A stretch of DNA of 45,156 bases from Candidatus Microgenomates bacterium (lineage in GTDB: Bacteria; Patescibacteriota; Microgenomatia; Levybacterales; UBA12049). A model generated the notes under the pieces. The model had not been told where the DNA came from, did not search any database, and worked only from the letters and a program-made list of their open reading frames with translations. Both the position numbers and the translations under genes were made by a program. The DNA is taken from the NCBI GenBank assembly GCA_025451755.1, contig JANWJT010000018.1:1-45156 (forward strand). The letters are read 5' to 3'. Of the stretch, positions 9,193-17,935 are shown one piece after another; within the stretch, counting starts at the first letter, position 1; the number at the start of each line of letters is the position of its first letter.

Positions 9193-9228
9193 AAAGGAAA
9201 TATATAAAAGAGAGGAGGTGAAACATAA

Positions 9229-10467
9229 ATGAATAATACAAAACAAAAATTAGGAGTAGCAATTGCAACCGGAGCGCTTTTACTTAATGCTTTTGCTCCA
9301 CTCGCAATGGCAGATAACACAATCCAAATTTCTGGAAACGGTTCAAACTCAAACAACACAGCTAATGTGAATGTGAGTCAATCAACAACTGTTGTTCAAA
9401 ACAACACAGCGCACGTTACTAATAATGTTGATGTTGATGCAGATACTGGAGACAATGACGCAAAGGACAATACTGGCGGAGAAGTTTCTATCGAAACCGG
9501 TGATGCCGATGTAGACGTTAATGTTTCTAATACTCTCAATAGCAATAGTGCAAATGTTGATTGTTGCCAAAACGGAGATACCGAAGTCTTAATTCAGGGA
9601 AACGGCACAAATTCTGATAACGATGCCAACTTGAATTTAACAACAAATACAAGTGTTTTCCAGGATAATTACGCACGCGTTAATAATGATATTGATGCAG
9701 ACGCAGATACTGGAGATAATGACGCAAAGGACAACACTGGCGGAGATGTTTCTATCGAAACCGGTGATGCTAGCGTGAAAGTTTCGACTTCCACAACGGC
9801 AAATGCTAACTGGGCAAAAGTTGGAAGCTCAGGGCAAAACGGTGGCGTCAGCCTTCGAATACTTGGCAATGGAAGCAACAGCGACAACACAATCAATCTA
9901 GATTTAGATAATTCTGTAGTATTGACCCAGAATAACGATGCAAACATCGATAACGATGTTGATGCAGACGCAGATACTGGAGATAATAACGCAGAAGACA
10001 ACACAGGCGGAGATGTAATTATCAAAACCGGTGATGCTGATGTAGATGTTGAAGTTGATAATGCTGTAAATTTCAATTGGGCAGACGTAAATTGCGGATG
10101 TCTTCTTGACGATTTGTTGGCAAAAATCGATGGAAACGGCACAGATTCTGACAATGAAATAAATGCTTCTCTCTCTTTCGACAAAGGAGAAGGTTCATTT
10201 CAGGATAATGCTATTTGTCTAAATAACGATTTAGACGATATAGATGCCGATACAGGCGATAACGACAACAAAGACAATACCGCAGAGGGAGATAGCGATC
10301 CATTAATTGAAACCGGCGATGCCGATGCAAAAGTGGACGTAAATAACTCTGGTAATGTCAATGTACTCGGTGGCGATTCAGACTCTGAATGGCCAGATTT
10401 TGACTTTGACGTAGATTTTAATCTAAGTTTAAGTGAACTTCTCGGACTTCTTAGTTTGTTAAGCTAA
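9229..10467 (+). CDS. Secreted acidic Asn/Asp-rich repeat protein (4 repeats of ~85-90 aa), candidate major fibre subunit
   Basis: Perfect SD GAGGAGGTGA at 9212-9221; signal peptide ending AMA; four GNGxxSxN...QxNxA...TGDN...NTGG...IxTGDA repeats; no sortase motif. Confidence 0.8.
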   Translation: MNNTKQKLGVAIATGALLLNAFAPLAMADNTIQISGNGSNSNNTANVNVSQSTTVVQNNTAHVTNNVDVDADTGDNDAKDNTGGEVSIETGDADVDVNVSNTLNSNSANVDCCQNGDTEVLIQGNGTNSDNDANLNLTTNTSVFQDNYARVNNDIDADADTGDNDAKDNTGGDVSIETGDASVKVSTSTTANANWAKVGSSGQNGGVSLRILGNGSNSDNTINLDLDNSVVLTQNNDANIDNDVDADADTGDNNAEDNTGGDVIIKTGDADVDVEVDNAVNFNWADVNCGCLLDDLLAKIDGNGTDSDNEINASLSFDKGEGSFQDNAICLNNDLDDIDADTGDNDNKDNTAEGDSDPLIETGDADAKVDVNNSGNVNVLGGDSDSEWPDFDFDVDFNLSLSELLGLLSLLS

Positions 10468-10477
10468 TCTTTGGTCC

Positions 10478-10515
10478 GTAGGGTGTCTTGTTGGCACTTC
10501 GACAAGATGCCCTAC
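10478..10515 (+). promoter_or_regulatory. 16-bp intergenic hairpin without U-tract (candidate mRNA stabiliser or processing signal)
   Basis: GTAGGGTGTCTTGTTG-GCACTT-CGACAAGATGCCCTAC, 16 bp including 3 G-U pairs; followed by AGCCAGG, not poly-T. Confidence 0.6.
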
Positions 10516-10569
10516 AGCCAGGACTTAAAATTTAAAACTTGGACTGCCCGCAGATTTTAGATTTTAAAA

Positions 10570-12720
10570 ATGAAAATTAAAAAATATATATCGATACTAT
10601 TAATAATATTACTAGTCCAGTTTCAGGGCAGTTCTGTTTTTGCTTTTGAAATACCAAGTGCGCCTACAGCTCCTTCAGCTCCTGAATCAACGGCTCAGGC
10701 ACCTACAGCTCCTTCAGCTCCCGAAGCACCAGAAGCTCCAACTCTTGAGGAAGTTTTAGCGGATTCAGATCCAATTCCTACTGAGATAGAAGAAGAGGAA
10801 GACGAAGAGGATAAAGACGATGTTCCACAAATTCAAGAAACAATATCTCAGAATCAAGAGCAAGAAGGAGTCAATGATTCCGGGAACGTTGGGGACACAG
10901 CTATAGATACTGGTAATGCAAATACCACAGGTGCATTAACAACCTTAGGGAATACAAATGTTAATAGCTCTGGTGTAGGAGAGGATGGAAATAGTGTGGG
11001 AGTTATAAATTCCGGAAATGGAACAGATTCTACAAATACTGGTTCGGTTTCTCTATCGGGAGAAAATAATACATTTCAGGATAACAGTGCTGTGGTTGGA
11101 AGCAATCTTAGCCTATCCGCTGCAAGCGGAGATAATACTTCGGATAATAATGTAGGGAATACAGCTATAGATACTGGTAATGCAAATACCACAGCAACAG
11201 TTATTACAGGAGTAAATACAAATGTTGATGGAATTATGGTTTCTGAATTTAATATAGCGGATGACCATATTGGGGATATTGTTCTGGATTTTGGTGCAGG
11301 TTGTGTTTTTGGATGTGGCCAGACAGATTCAATTTTAGCACAAAACTCTGATAACGGATCAAATTCTACGAATAACGCAGCTGTTTCCGATACGTCCAAT
11401 ACTAATACTTTTCAGACTAACGATGCATCAATTGAAAGCAATCTTACACTTGATTCGGATTCTGGCAATAACTCTACAAGTGCCAACACTGGAGGAAATT
11501 CAACGATCGAAACAGGAGATGCGAATGTAGGCGCCAACCTACTGACATTCGTAAATAATAATGTCGCAGGAAATGTTGTTTTTGGAGTTGTAAATATATT
11601 TGGGGAATTGGTAGGAGACATATTTTTCCCTGAAAGTGCCCTATCCTGTTCAACTTGTGGCGGAGATGCAACCGCTGTAAATTCTGGTAACGGCTCGGAT
11701 TCAACAAATAATACAACAGTAAGCCAGACAAATTCCGATTCAACATTTCAGTATAACGACGCAAATATAGAAAATAATTTAGTATTATCAACAGCAACCG
11801 GAGGAAATGAGGCATCTGGCAATACAAACGGAAATTCAACAATAGAAACTGGAGATTCTGAGGCTATAGCTCAAGTTTTAAATATTGCGAATATGAATGT
11901 AGTTGGAGGAGATATGTGGCTAGTTTTGGTTAACGAAGCAGGGCAGTGGATTGGAAAAATTTTGGGGGCATCCGACGGAGCAAATTACGCTGGATCAACT
12001 GGCACAGAGTTTGCAATAGATGAAAATGGTGAGATCACAGCAATAAATTCCGGAAATGGTTCGGGTTCGGATAATAACTCAAGCATCTCTCAGAATACAA
12101 ATAACACTGTTGTTCAAACAAATACTGCAAATGTTGTAAATAATTTAAATCTTTCTGCAAATACCGGCGGGAATACGGCAAGTAACAATACTGGAGGAGA
12201 CTCAAAGATTAAAACAGGAGACGCAAAAATAATTGCAAATGTAGTTAATTTTGTAAATAACAATATAGTCGGAAACGGAAGATTGTTTGTAACGGTAGTC
12301 AACGTGTTTGGAAGTTGGATGGGGGATTTCGTAACGCCAGAGTCTCACAAAGAAAATAACAATGCAGGAATTGGGGGAGAACAAGCAGCAAGCCCGTCAG
12401 CTTCGAGTAATAATCAGCCAAATAATAATTCTTCTGGCGGTAGCTCTAATTCGTCCAGCTCATCAAACAACTCTATACAATTAGTGAGTGGAATAATAAG
12501 TGGTCTTTCAAGAAATACTCACGTATTAGGAATTTCTGCGCAAAACGTAAACGAAAGTCAAATACTTGGAGCAAATAATACCGGAGAAGCAGCTAGTTCC
12601 CAAAATAAAAAAGTAACGATTAATTTGGCATGGGTGATTTTATTTGTTCCAATTCTATTAACATTTTTTCTTTTTAGAAAAAGATTTATTTCAGCAATAA
12701 GATTGGTGGCTCGAAAATGA
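10570..12720 (+). CDS. Secreted Asn-rich repeat protein of the same family (about 4.5 repeats) with C-terminal membrane anchor
   Basis: Signal peptide (VFA), APTAPSAPE repeats and acidic tract, same repeat motif, S/N linker, C-terminal TM + RKR. Confidence 0.8.
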   Translation: MKIKKYISILLIILLVQFQGSSVFAFEIPSAPTAPSAPESTAQAPTAPSAPEAPEAPTLEEVLADSDPIPTEIEEEEDEEDKDDVPQIQETISQNQEQEGVNDSGNVGDTAIDTGNANTTGALTTLGNTNVNSSGVGEDGNSVGVINSGNGTDSTNTGSVSLSGENNTFQDNSAVVGSNLSLSAASGDNTSDNNVGNTAIDTGNANTTATVITGVNTNVDGIMVSEFNIADDHIGDIVLDFGAGCVFGCGQTDSILAQNSDNGSNSTNNAAVSDTSNTNTFQTNDASIESNLTLDSDSGNNSTSANTGGNSTIETGDANVGANLLTFVNNNVAGNVVFGVVNIFGELVGDIFFPESALSCSTCGGDATAVNSGNGSDSTNNTTVSQTNSDSTFQYNDANIENNLVLSTATGGNEASGNTNGNSTIETGDSEAIAQVLNIANMNVVGGDMWLVLVNEAGQWIGKILGASDGANYAGSTGTEFAIDENGEITAINSGNGSGSDNNSSISQNTNNTVVQTNTANVVNNLNLSANTGGNTASNNTGGDSKIKTGDAKIIANVVNFVNNNIVGNGRLFVTVVNVFGSWMGDFVTPESHKENNNAGIGGEQAASPSASSNNQPNNNSSGGSSNSSSSSNNSIQLVSGIISGLSRNTHVLGISAQNVNESQILGANNTGEAASSQNKKVTINLAWVILFVPILLTFFLFRKRFISAIRLVARK
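10897..11194 (+). repeat. Identical 34-nt intragenic direct repeat (10897-10930 and 11161-11194)
   Basis: ACAGCTATAGATACTGGTAATGCAAATACCACAG twice, encoding TAIDTGNANTT. Confidence 0.85.
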
Positions 12721-13838
12721 TAAAGAAAATAATTACATTAATGGCTTTTTTTATAGTAAGTATATCTGTGGCGGCACCGGCTATTTTTGCAGACGAAATT
12801 TCTGTATCAAATAATGGTGCAGGATCAAGCAACACAATAGTGATCGATACCAGTTCTACTTCAACTGTTGAGCAGGCAAATAATGCAGATATACAAAATA
12901 ACGTAGATGTAACAGCAAATACGGGAGATAATTCTGTTTCCTCAAATAATGCAGACGCGCATATAATAACAGGATCTATAGATAGTACATCTTCTATTAA
13001 TAATGAAAATATAAACTCAAATTTTGCAGAAAATCAGGAATGTGGTTGTAGCGATGAAACATCGTCTGCAATAGATGGAAATGGATCCGACTCTATAAAT
13101 AATCTTAACTTATCGTTTATAAATGCTATGAATGTTTCTCAGGAAAACTCAGCACAAATTACGAATAATTTAACAACAAATGCAAGTACTGGTAATAATC
13201 AGGCAAACAATAATAATGGGAATGTTGGCATAGAAACCGGAAATATTACCTCATTAATTTCTATTATAAATAAAAATATAAATTTAAATTCTGACTTTCA
13301 GGGAAAGAATAATGGCTCAATATCAATTTCCATTAGCAATAATGGGAGCGGATCTATTAATAGTATAGTTATGTTTTTTGGCAATAGTAGTAATTATGTA
13401 AGTAACAATTTTACAGACATAAAAAACAATGTAGTACAGAATTTGAATACTGGAAATAACATTGCAAATGGTAATAATGGGGCAGTCTTAATAGTAACTG
13501 GAGATATTATGAGTGTTATAACAATTGGAAATGAAAATATAAATGGTTCATTCTTCAAAGAGCAATGCAACTGCTCCAATATTATTCCGCCTCCTGGTGG
13601 GGGAAATCCAATGCCAATAGGAGACCCGCCGGTAGGAGCGCAGCCTTCTTCAAGCGGAAGTGGATCTTCGATAGGTGGTCCTGGACAAATATTGGGAGCT
13701 GCAATCGGTCAGATTCTGCCCGCAACAGGAGCTTATTGGATATTGCTAATGACAATTCTTGCCATTACAATGTTCTTAGCGGGTGGGGTTTTGCGCTTTG
13801 GTTCGGATTCTTCTCCTCCCTTAGCATATGCAGTCTAA
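12717..13838 (+). CDS. Secreted Asn-rich repeat protein (3 repeats) with LPATG sortase signal
   Basis: Signal peptide (IFA), same repeat motif, Pro/Gly/Ser linker, ILPATG + hydrophobic helix; ATGA-coupled to the upstream gene. Confidence 0.85.
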   Translation: MIKKIITLMAFFIVSISVAAPAIFADEISVSNNGAGSSNTIVIDTSSTSTVEQANNADIQNNVDVTANTGDNSVSSNNADAHIITGSIDSTSSINNENINSNFAENQECGCSDETSSAIDGNGSDSINNLNLSFINAMNVSQENSAQITNNLTTNASTGNNQANNNNGNVGIETGNITSLISIINKNINLNSDFQGKNNGSISISISNNGSGSINSIVMFFGNSSNYVSNNFTDIKNNVVQNLNTGNNIANGNNGAVLIVTGDIMSVITIGNENINGSFFKEQCNCSNIIPPPGGGNPMPIGDPPVGAQPSSSGSGSSIGGPGQILGAAIGQILPATGAYWILLMTILAITMFLAGGVLRFGSDSSPPLAYAV

Positions 13839-14385
13839 AAGACTCAAGCACTTAATCGGAAACGCCTTAATGGCGTTTTCTCTTTTATTGCTGGTTTTTA
13901 TTTATTATCCGATTTTATCTTTATACATTTTTCCGCCTGCTATCGATAAAAAAATTTTAGATAAGTCATTCTATGTAGAAATTCCAAAAATAAATATTGC
14001 ATCGCAGATTATTCCAAATGTAGATCCTTTTATCGAAACAGAATACAGAAAAGCGCTTGAAAGAGGAATAGCTCATGCAAAGAATACACCTCTACCCGGA
14101 GAAAAAGGAACATCTTTTCTTTTTGCCCATTCATCAGATTCTCCGTGGAGAATTACAAGATACAACGTAGCTTTTTTTAGATTGCCCGAGCTTAAAAAAG
14201 GAGATAATATAAAAATAGTAAGAGATGGAAAAGTATACGAATATAGAGTTTCTGATACTAAAACTGTGTGGCCCAATGAAGTTAATTACTTGCTAGGCAA
14301 TAGGAAAGATCAGCTTATTCTTCAAACTTGTACGCCGATTGGCACTTCCTTGCAAAGACTTCTGGTCTTTGCAGTCCTCAAATAA
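13828..14385 (+). CDS. Sortase
   Basis: N-terminal TM; LFAHS (His), LILQTC (Cys), QRLLV (Arg). Confidence 0.92.
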   Translation: MQSKRLKHLIGNALMAFSLLLLVFIYYPILSLYIFPPAIDKKILDKSFYVEIPKINIASQIIPNVDPFIETEYRKALERGIAHAKNTPLPGEKGTSFLFAHSSDSPWRITRYNVAFFRLPELKKGDNIKIVRDGKVYEYRVSDTKTVWPNEVNYLLGNRKDQLILQTCTPIGTSLQRLLVFAVLK

Positions 14386-14414
14386 AAAGCCCCGCTTATT
14401 AGGGCAGGGCTTTT
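14385..14414. terminator. Bidirectional intrinsic terminator between the two convergent fibre operons
   Basis: AAAAGCCC...GGGCTTTT inverted repeat with A/T tracts on both sides. Confidence 0.75.
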
Positions 14415-14431
14415 AAAAACAACTAAAAACG

Positions 14432-15040
14432 CTACGGAGTAACGTTAAGTGTATTCGATGGGGCAGTAATATTTGCTGTTACGTTGGAAGTACTATTTCC
14501 AGTCGTTACATTTACTGTGCCATTGGTGTTGCTGTTGGCACTATTATTGCCGGTTCTTGCTCTAGATCTAGCTTTCTTTACTTTAACCTTTGTTGTGTTG
14601 TTCTGACCAACGGTTGTTGGATTGGTCGTATTCGACGTTACGTTGCTTGTCGAACCAACTCCATTGCCCGATACAGTAAGATTGACCGTACTGTTGCATG
14701 GGCAAGTCGTTACATTGGCCTCGTTAAAACTTCCATCTACGGTAATATTTACGATAGAGTTTGCATTTCCGGTGTTGATTGTAACATTTCCACCGGTATT
14801 ACTATTTGCATTATTGCCACCTGTTTTTGCCGAAGAAGATATATTTATTGATATATTGGTGTTGTTATTCTGCGTAATATTGGTTGAATTATTTGAGCTA
14901 ATATTTACGCTGTTGTTTGAATCGCTACCATTTCCTGAAATATCAACATTTACATCTGCGTATACGCCTCCGGGAAGAAGGGCAGAAAGCATAAGAGTAC
15001 CAATAGTGAGTGTTGTTACCAGTCTTTTTTTGTAATCCAT
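14432..15040 (-). CDS. Secreted Asn/Thr-rich repeat protein (2 repeats, second one basic), same family as 9229-13838
   Basis: The track GTG at 15049 is part of the SD AAGGAGGTGA, so ATG 15040 (MDYKKR) is preferred; signal peptide ending VYA; two SGNG...QNN...TGxN...NT...TGN repeats joined by CPC. Confidence 0.8.
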   Translation of the reverse strand: MDYKKRLVTTLTIGTLMLSALLPGGVYADVNVDISGNGSDSNNSVNISSNNSTNITQNNNTNISINISSSAKTGGNNANSNTGGNVTINTGNANSIVNITVDGSFNEANVTTCPCNSTVNLTVSGNGVGSTSNVTSNTTNPTTVGQNNTTKVKVKKARSRARTGNNSANSNTNGTVNVTTGNSTSNVTANITAPSNTLNVTP

Positions 15041-15081
15041 TTTATTCACCTCCTTTCATCGTTTATTTTAAAATTTGTTAT

Positions 15082-16116
15082 TTATAACTCGCAGTTTATT
15101 TCTGATTCCGCATTGCATGTGTCAGTATTAAATCCGCCGTCTGCGTTATCTATTCCAGATCCGCCTATTAAGTTATCATCGCCTGAATCACCATTTAGGG
15201 TGTCGGAGCTATCGTTTCCTTCAAGAAGATCATTGTCGTTGCCTCCCTCAAGAAGATCCGCGTTCTCATTACCAATAAGATGATCGTTTCCATCTCCTCC
15301 ACGCAAGGTATCTGCTCCCAGTCCTCCAATTATCAGATCATCGCCAGCCTCTCCATAGATAGAGTCGGCTCCATCGTTACCAAAGATAACATCATTACCT
15401 TCTCCTCCGTGAATCGAATTTTCGGCTCCGGGTCCTCCAAGAATGCAATCGTCTCCGCCATTTCCATTTATAATATCGGACCCCTCAAGTCCCATGATAA
15501 GGTCGTTTCCGCTAGTTCCGTTAAGTGTTTCTCCCTGAGCAGTTCCTACGATGGGATCAGGAGAAAAATTTATTCCTTCACACTCCGTAGGTATGTCTAC
15601 CGAAATACCTATAATAAGATCAAAAACTACTTTTGCTCCCTGGTACTCATTTCCTGAATCGGATGGGAAAGTAGCTTTAAAACTGTACGTAGTTGAGTTA
15701 CCATTATTAATTGTCGAAAGAAACAGCCCATTTGGTCCGCCACTGTCGTCAAAAAATTCCTGAAGTGTTTTTGGTCCAGTCGGACTTGTTCCGCCATAAA
15801 GATCATTTCCTCCTTCGGAAATTACAAAGTCTAAAATTGATGCAAAGCTTGCAATTTCTTCCGTTTTAATACCTCTTATGCCAACGTTTCTTGGAACAGT
15901 TCCGCCATTTGCCACATCAACACTCCTTTCCTCTACGTCGCCTGGCAACATATTTGAGACAACAAAAATCGGATCGCCGTCCGGAACTCCCCAGACAACA
16001 TTTAAATCTCCAACTGCCCTTACCGTTGAAGGGTTAAAAAGATTTGGGGCAAAAAATTTAACAATCGTTCCGAGGACCAAGACCAAAATAAAAATTTTCA
16101 ATAAAATTTTTTTCAT
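15082..16116 (-). CDS. Secreted TasA/camelysin-like domain protein with C-terminal RTX (hemolysin-type Ca-binding) repeats
   Basis: NMLPGD...R.V.V.N.G and FPSDSGNEYQG...F resemble TasA/CalY; many GGxGxDxLx nonapeptides; lacks the FSDTETS N-terminal strand. Confidence 0.75.
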   Translation of the reverse strand: MKKILLKIFILVLVLGTIVKFFAPNLFNPSTVRAVGDLNVVWGVPDGDPIFVVSNMLPGDVEERSVDVANGGTVPRNVGIRGIKTEEIASFASILDFVISEGGNDLYGGTSPTGPKTLQEFFDDSGGPNGLFLSTINNGNSTTYSFKATFPSDSGNEYQGAKVVFDLIIGISVDIPTECEGINFSPDPIVGTAQGETLNGTSGNDLIMGLEGSDIINGNGGDDCILGGPGAENSIHGGEGNDVIFGNDGADSIYGEAGDDLIIGGLGADTLRGGDGNDHLIGNENADLLEGGNDNDLLEGNDSSDTLNGDSGDDNLIGGSGIDNADGGFNTDTCNAESEINCEL

Positions 16117-16120
16117 AAAT

Positions 16121-16885
16121 TTACGGCGCCTCTGTTGGAGTTAGTGTTGCACTCGGAGTTGCTATAGAGAATACGTTTGATGCCTGGAAAACATTCTGAG
16201 CACTTGTCTCCGTATCGCTTTGAAGTGCAAGAGTAATCGGAATAATAAGTCCAACAGCAAGTAGAGAAACTATGACTTTAAGTCCTGTTGATCCCAATCC
16301 TGAATGAGGAGAGGGCATTAGATTAAAATCATCCTCACGTCTCTTATTACTTTTTTTAGCGTTTTTTACATGCTTTATGATGTTAAACATTTCCATTAAT
16401 ATTACGAGCACTGCTGGGAAAATAATAAGAAGCGAAAATCCAACTTTAGATTTTGCAAAAGCCAAAAGTTTTCCTACAGCAGGAATAGTAATAAAGGTTT
16501 TTCCTAATATATTTTTCTCGCTAACAGTCCAACCGTCAGGCTCATCATTTGCATCTCCTTTTGTCTTATAGGCAACACCATTATTATTTGTTTCAGCGCT
16601 TACGATTCTATGTGTGATTATTGTTTTTGAGTTCTTCTCGGACCTAAAAGCTATAACATCTCCCTTATTGTATAGAGGTGTTGTAAGAGGAACAGGAGAA
16701 TCTAATTGATTTGCTGAGCGAACTACAACAATTGAGCCAACATCAATTGTGGGAGTCATAGAGCCAGAACGGACAATAAGTGCCTGATTACCAAAATAGG
16801 GGATTGCAACGTAAGCAACTCCCACTGCAATAAAAACAAGTGCTATTGATAGTAGAATATTTATTGCTTTGAATACTTTTGCCAT
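16121..16885 (-). CDS. sipW: SipW-type (ER-like, S26B) signal peptidase I with C-terminal extension
   Basis: VRSGSMTP (catalytic Ser), ITHRI (His), TKGDAN...D motif; adjacent to SipW-cognate substrates. Confidence 0.9.
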   Translation of the reverse strand: MAKVFKAINILLSIALVFIAVGVAYVAIPYFGNQALIVRSGSMTPTIDVGSIVVVRSANQLDSPVPLTTPLYNKGDVIAFRSEKNSKTIITHRIVSAETNNNGVAYKTKGDANDEPDGWTVSEKNILGKTFITIPAVGKLLAFAKSKVGFSLLIIFPAVLVILMEMFNIIKHVKNAKKSNKRREDDFNLMPSPHSGLGSTGLKVIVSLLAVGLIIPITLALQSDTETSAQNVFQASNVFSIATPSATLTPTEAP

Positions 16886-16945
16886 ACATGCTTTTCTCTC
16901 CTTTTAATTGTTATTTAATATATTGCCTTGAACCTTTGGGCCCTT

Positions 16946-16976
16946 AGGGCGGGGAACTTATTCTCTCACCCGCCCT
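16946..16976 (-). promoter_or_regulatory. GC-rich intergenic hairpin without U-tract downstream of the TasA-like major subunit
   Basis: On the - strand AGGGCGGG...CCCGCCCT (8 bp), followed by AAGGGCCC rather than poly-T. Confidence 0.55.
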
Positions 16977-16996
16977 TAAACTGAATCCATTAAGGA

Positions 16997-17905
16997 TTAA
17001 ATGGATGGTGTTGGCGTAACTTCTGGCCAAACTGGTGTAAAGTTCTGAGCACATGTAAATGTGCCGTTATTTCTAGACTGTACTGCGTAGAACTGTAAAT
17101 CTCCTATTACAGAATCAGTCTGAGCAATATTATCAATTGCTTGTGCACCAGAACATGTAAATCCAGTTCCTCTGTTTATTGGATTATTTAGTGCTGGGTT
17201 TGGATCGTCTCTGTCAGGACGTGGATCCGGTGTCAGAGTTCCAAAGCACCATTGCTTTCCAATGTATTGAGTTGTAGCCCCCTCTACTGGTCCTGATCCT
17301 CCCCAAATATTGGTGGATGAATCTGCCAATGCAATCTGTCCAACTTGACCCATTCCACTGATTGGACCTTGTAGGAATACATTCTCGTTTACTTCAAAGA
17401 CATTATCTCCATCGTCACCCCAGAAGACAATATTAACTTGACTATCTAGGTCACCGTCTGTGGTGCCGTCATTATCATCATTGTTTAGACCAGACACTTC
17501 GTCTTCTGGTTCTGTAATATCATTGTCTTCGTCCTCGGTAATTTGAGCTGCTGCGCAAAGATATGCATCATTATTGTCAACAGTCAATGAGATTGTGTCT
17601 TCTCCAAAATCACCTGGCTTAATGTCTTCAAAGTTGAAGAACTTTTCGAGAACTAAATCCGTAGAATCCCATGAAGTTCCTTCATTTGCGACAAGAACTC
17701 CTGTTGGATTCAAAGTATCTGTCAAATAATCAATTACATAACTCTCGTTATCTATCTTAAGATCAATAGCTCCTGCTACCAATGTGTTTCCCGTTGATGT
17801 TTCGGTATCAGAAAAGAATGCAAATGTCGCTCCGATTATAAGAGCGGCAGCTGCAAGTACTACTGCAATCGAAAGTAATATTTTCGTATTTATTAAGTTT
17901 GTCAT
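16997..17905 (-). CDS. TasA-like protein with SipW-cognate signal peptide, candidate major subunit
   Basis: GATFA-FFSDTETSTGNTLVAGAIDL signal/N-strand; FNFEDIKPGD motif; perfect SD AAGGAGGTGA at 17913-17922. Confidence 0.85.
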   Translation of the reverse strand: MTNLINTKILLSIAVVLAAAALIIGATFAFFSDTETSTGNTLVAGAIDLKIDNESYVIDYLTDTLNPTGVLVANEGTSWDSTDLVLEKFFNFEDIKPGDFGEDTISLTVDNNDAYLCAAAQITEDEDNDITEPEDEVSGLNNDDNDGTTDGDLDSQVNIVFWGDDGDNVFEVNENVFLQGPISGMGQVGQIALADSSTNIWGGSGPVEGATTQYIGKQWCFGTLTPDPRPDRDDPNPALNNPINRGTGFTCSGAQAIDNIAQTDSVIGDLQFYAVQSRNNGTFTCAQNFTPVWPEVTPTPSI

Positions 17906-17935
17906 TTATTTTTCACCTCCTTTCGTCAATAGATT

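Noticed and set aside
9229-13838. Curli (csg) or Fap gene assignment
   Set aside because: Repeat length and consensus differ and no CsgG/FapF-like secretion genes are seen; similarity is compositional only.
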